Notes under the pieces: generated by a model
Told to the model about the DNA's origin: nothing
What the model saw: only the letters and a program-made list of their open reading frames with translations
Database searches by the model: none
Made by a program: the position numbers and the translations under genes
Part shown: positions 22,040-24,000 of the stretch, one piece after another
How the letters are laid out: every line of letters starts with the position of its first letter
Position numbering within the stretch: the first letter of the stretch is position 1
Assembly: GCA_963709895.1 (NCBI GenBank)
Contig: CAVPYD010000014.1
Span: 77,693-101,692, forward strand
Source: an uncultured Actinomycetota bacterium
GTDB lineage: Bacteria; Actinomycetota; Actinomycetes; Mycobacteriales; Nakamurellaceae
DNA length: 24,000 nucleotides
Reading direction: 5' to 3'

Positions 22040-22069
22040 ATAGTACGGGTTGCCCCTGCGCCGCCCAAA
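22040..22069 (-). promoter_or_regulatory. Possible promoter for rplY (TTTGGG-N18-TACTAT)
   Basis: Minus strand: TTTGGG (22064-22069), 18-bp spacer, TACTAT (22040-22045), about 180 bp upstream of the rplY GTG. Confidence 0.35.
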
Positions 22070-22233
22070 CGCTCGCACGGCGCAGCCAGGCCGGGGCCCC
22101 GGTGCTGCCGGCGAGCGACCGCACGAGGCCGGCAACACGGCGCTCACGCCGGGCCCGGCACCAAGCCCCGCGACAGCAGAAGGCCGCGTGCCGACCACTG
22201 AGGTCGGCACGCGGCCACGGTGCTGGGCGTGCC

Positions 22234-22980
22234 CTAGAGCGCGAGGCCGCCGTTGACGTCCAGGACGTGCCCGGTGACGAACGAGGCGTCGTCGGAAACC
22301 AGGTACGCCACGGCGCCGGCGATGTCCTCGGGCTGGCCGACGCGGCCGAGCGGGTTCTGCGCCAGGACCTTCTTGGCTTCGTCCGTCATCGCCGCGGTCA
22401 TCGGGGTCTCGATGAATCCCGGGCGGATGCCGTTGACGGTGGTGCCGAAGCGCCCCAGCTCCAGCGCGCCGGAGCGCACCAGGCCGACCACGCCGGCCTT
22501 CGCGGCGATGTAGTTCATCTGCCCGAGGTTGCCGGCCTTGGCGACCACGGAGGAGATCAGCACCACGCGCCCGGGACCTTCGGTGCGCAGCCACGGCGCG
22601 GAGGCGCGCAGGCCGTTGAAGACGCCGGTCAGGTTGACGGCGATGACCGCGTCCCAGTCGTCATCGGACAGCTTGTGGAACATCCGGTCGCGGGTGATCC
22701 CGGCGTTCCCGATGTAGGTGTCAAGCCCGCCCATGGCGTCGGCGGCGGCGGTGAAGGCCGCTTCGACACCCGGCCGGTCCGTCACGTTGCAGGCGAAACC
22801 GTAGACAGGCGAACCGGTCTGGGCCGAAATCCGTTCGGCGGTCTCCTTGGCGGCCGCCTCGTTGACGTCGAGCACGGTGACGGACAGACCTTCGCTGGCC
22901 AGCCGCTCGGCGATCTTGGCCCCAAGGCCCTGGGCACCGCCGGTCACCACGGCCTTGGACACGCTGAAACGTTCGGACAC
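22234..22980 (-). CDS. Short-chain dehydrogenase/reductase (3-oxoacyl-ACP reductase / acetoacetyl-CoA reductase-like)
   Basis: AVVTGGAQGLGAKIAERLASEG, NAGITRDRMFHKLSDDDWDAVIAVNLTGVFN, YIAAKAGVVGL, NGIRPGFIETPMT, DVNGGLAL. Confidence 0.93.
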   Translation of the reverse strand: MSERFSVSKAVVTGGAQGLGAKIAERLASEGLSVTVLDVNEAAAKETAERISAQTGSPVYGFACNVTDRPGVEAAFTAAADAMGGLDTYIGNAGITRDRMFHKLSDDDWDAVIAVNLTGVFNGLRASAPWLRTEGPGRVVLISSVVAKAGNLGQMNYIAAKAGVVGLVRSGALELGRFGTTVNGIRPGFIETPMTAAMTDEAKKVLAQNPLGRVGQPEDIAGAVAYLVSDDASFVTGHVLDVNGGLAL

Positions 22981-23166
22981 TTGCTCCCCTTAGAACGGAG
23001 GTGGGTGGATTGGGGTTCCGCACGACAGACGCGCTGAGCATCGGTGGGATTGCCGACACTTGACGGGCACGGGTACGGATCGGACAGGTGGAATGGATCG
23101 GTCCGAAGGGTACTGCTGGCGGTGCCGGAGGGCAGGACGTGCCCACCCACCGGGAAACGGATGGAC

Positions 23167-24000
23167 CTATCCGAAGATGTAGGTCCCCGGGGCGTCGCCC
23201 AACACCGGGTACTTCGCGCTGCCCAGCTTGGGCGGGGTGCGCTGGGCGCCCGCGCGCTTCTCGATCCAGTTCGCCCAGTCCTCCCACCAGGTCACCGGGT
23301 GCATCGTCGCCTCGGACAACCACTCGTCGGGATCGGCGGGCAGTTCACCGACGCCGTTCGCGTAATACCGCGACTTCGGGTTGGGCGGGTTGACGATGCC
23401 GGCGATGTGGCCGGAGTTCGACAGCACGAACCGGACCTCCCCGGCGGCGAGCCGAGCACCGGTGTAGCAGCTGCGCCACGGTGCGATGTGGTCCTGCTCC
23501 GCCGTGACGAAGTACAGGTCCTGGTCGACGGTGGACAGGTCGAGCCGCTGCCCGGCGAGCTCCATCCGACCCTGGGCCAGCTGGTTCTCCAGGTAGCAGC
23601 TGCGCAGGTAGAACGAGTGCATGCTGGCCGGCATCCGGGTGGAGTCGGCGTTCCAGGTGAGCAGGTCGAACGGCGGGGGCTCCTGGCCGAGCAGCCAGTT
23701 GCTGACCACGTAGTTCCAGATCAAGTCGTTGCCGCGCATCAGGTTGAACGTGGTGGCCATGTTCTCGGCCGGCAGGAAGCCGGTCTTCTGCATCGACTTT
23801 TCCAGTTTCGCGACCGTGCGCTCGTCGGTGAAGACGCCCATCACGCCCGGCTCGCTGAAGTCGATCAGGGTGTTCAGGAAGGTGGCGTTGTTGATGCGGT
23901 CCTGACCGGTGGCGTCCAGGTAGGCCAGGGTCGCCATGGTCAGCGTCCCGCCCAGACAGAGACCGAGCAGGTTGACCTTCTCCGAACCGGTGATGTCGGT
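23167..24000 (-). CDS. Poly(3-hydroxyalkanoate) synthase, C-terminal part (continues beyond right edge)
   Basis: Translation enters from the edge as TDITGSEKVNLLGLCLGGTLTMATLAYLDATG (PhaC lipase-like box G-x-C-x-G); NDLIWNYVVSNWLLGQEPPPFDLLTWNADSTRMP; VTAEQDHIAPWRSCY; LSNSGHIAGIVNPP. Confidence 0.93.
   Translation of the reverse strand, partial: TDITGSEKVNLLGLCLGGTLTMATLAYLDATGQDRINNATFLNTLIDFSEPGVMGVFTDERTVAKLEKSMQKTGFLPAENMATTFNLMRGNDLIWNYVVSNWLLGQEPPPFDLLTWNADSTRMPASMHSFYLRSCYLENQLAQGRMELAGQRLDLSTVDQDLYFVTAEQDHIAPWRSCYTGARLAAGEVRFVLSNSGHIAGIVNPPNPKSRYYANGVGELPADPDEWLSEATMHPVTWWEDWANWIEKRAGAQRTPPKLGSAKYPVLGDAPGTYIFG

Overview
This is a high-GC actinobacterial chromosomal window, mostly housekeeping genes. 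Left to right: alpha/beta hydrolase fragment (-), YqeY-like protein (+), gnd (+), AbiEi-like/DUF559-like protein (-, frameshifted), metG (+), tatD (+), three consecutive RpfB-type genes (DUF348/G5/Rpf) (+), ksgA/rsmA (+), ispE (+), ABC-F ATPase (+), alpha/beta hydrolase (-), ribokinase-like (-), fatty acyl-AMP ligase-like (+), pth (-), rplY/ctc (-), SDR oxidoreductase (-), and a PHA synthase fragment (-). The unusual part is about 6.9-12.9 kb. The usual single rpfB of the metG-tatD-rpfB-ksgA-ispE block is replaced by three diverged paralogs. Each has its own strong hairpin terminator and the same upstream element (CCGTTA-N8-9-GTGATA...GGGATGGG). Each is followed at a near-constant distance by a long-range stem beginning with CAGG, inside a ~155-175 nt leader. 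The rpf3 upstream region also carries an array of GATGCR-NN-YGCATC palindromes, a composite direct repeat and two 12-bp AACGTT-centred palindromes. Many genes from 3.4 to 16 kb contain apparent single-base C/G-type insertions, most likely assembly errors. No CRISPR array, tRNA/rRNA or transposase was recognised. All structure and motif calls were made by eye.
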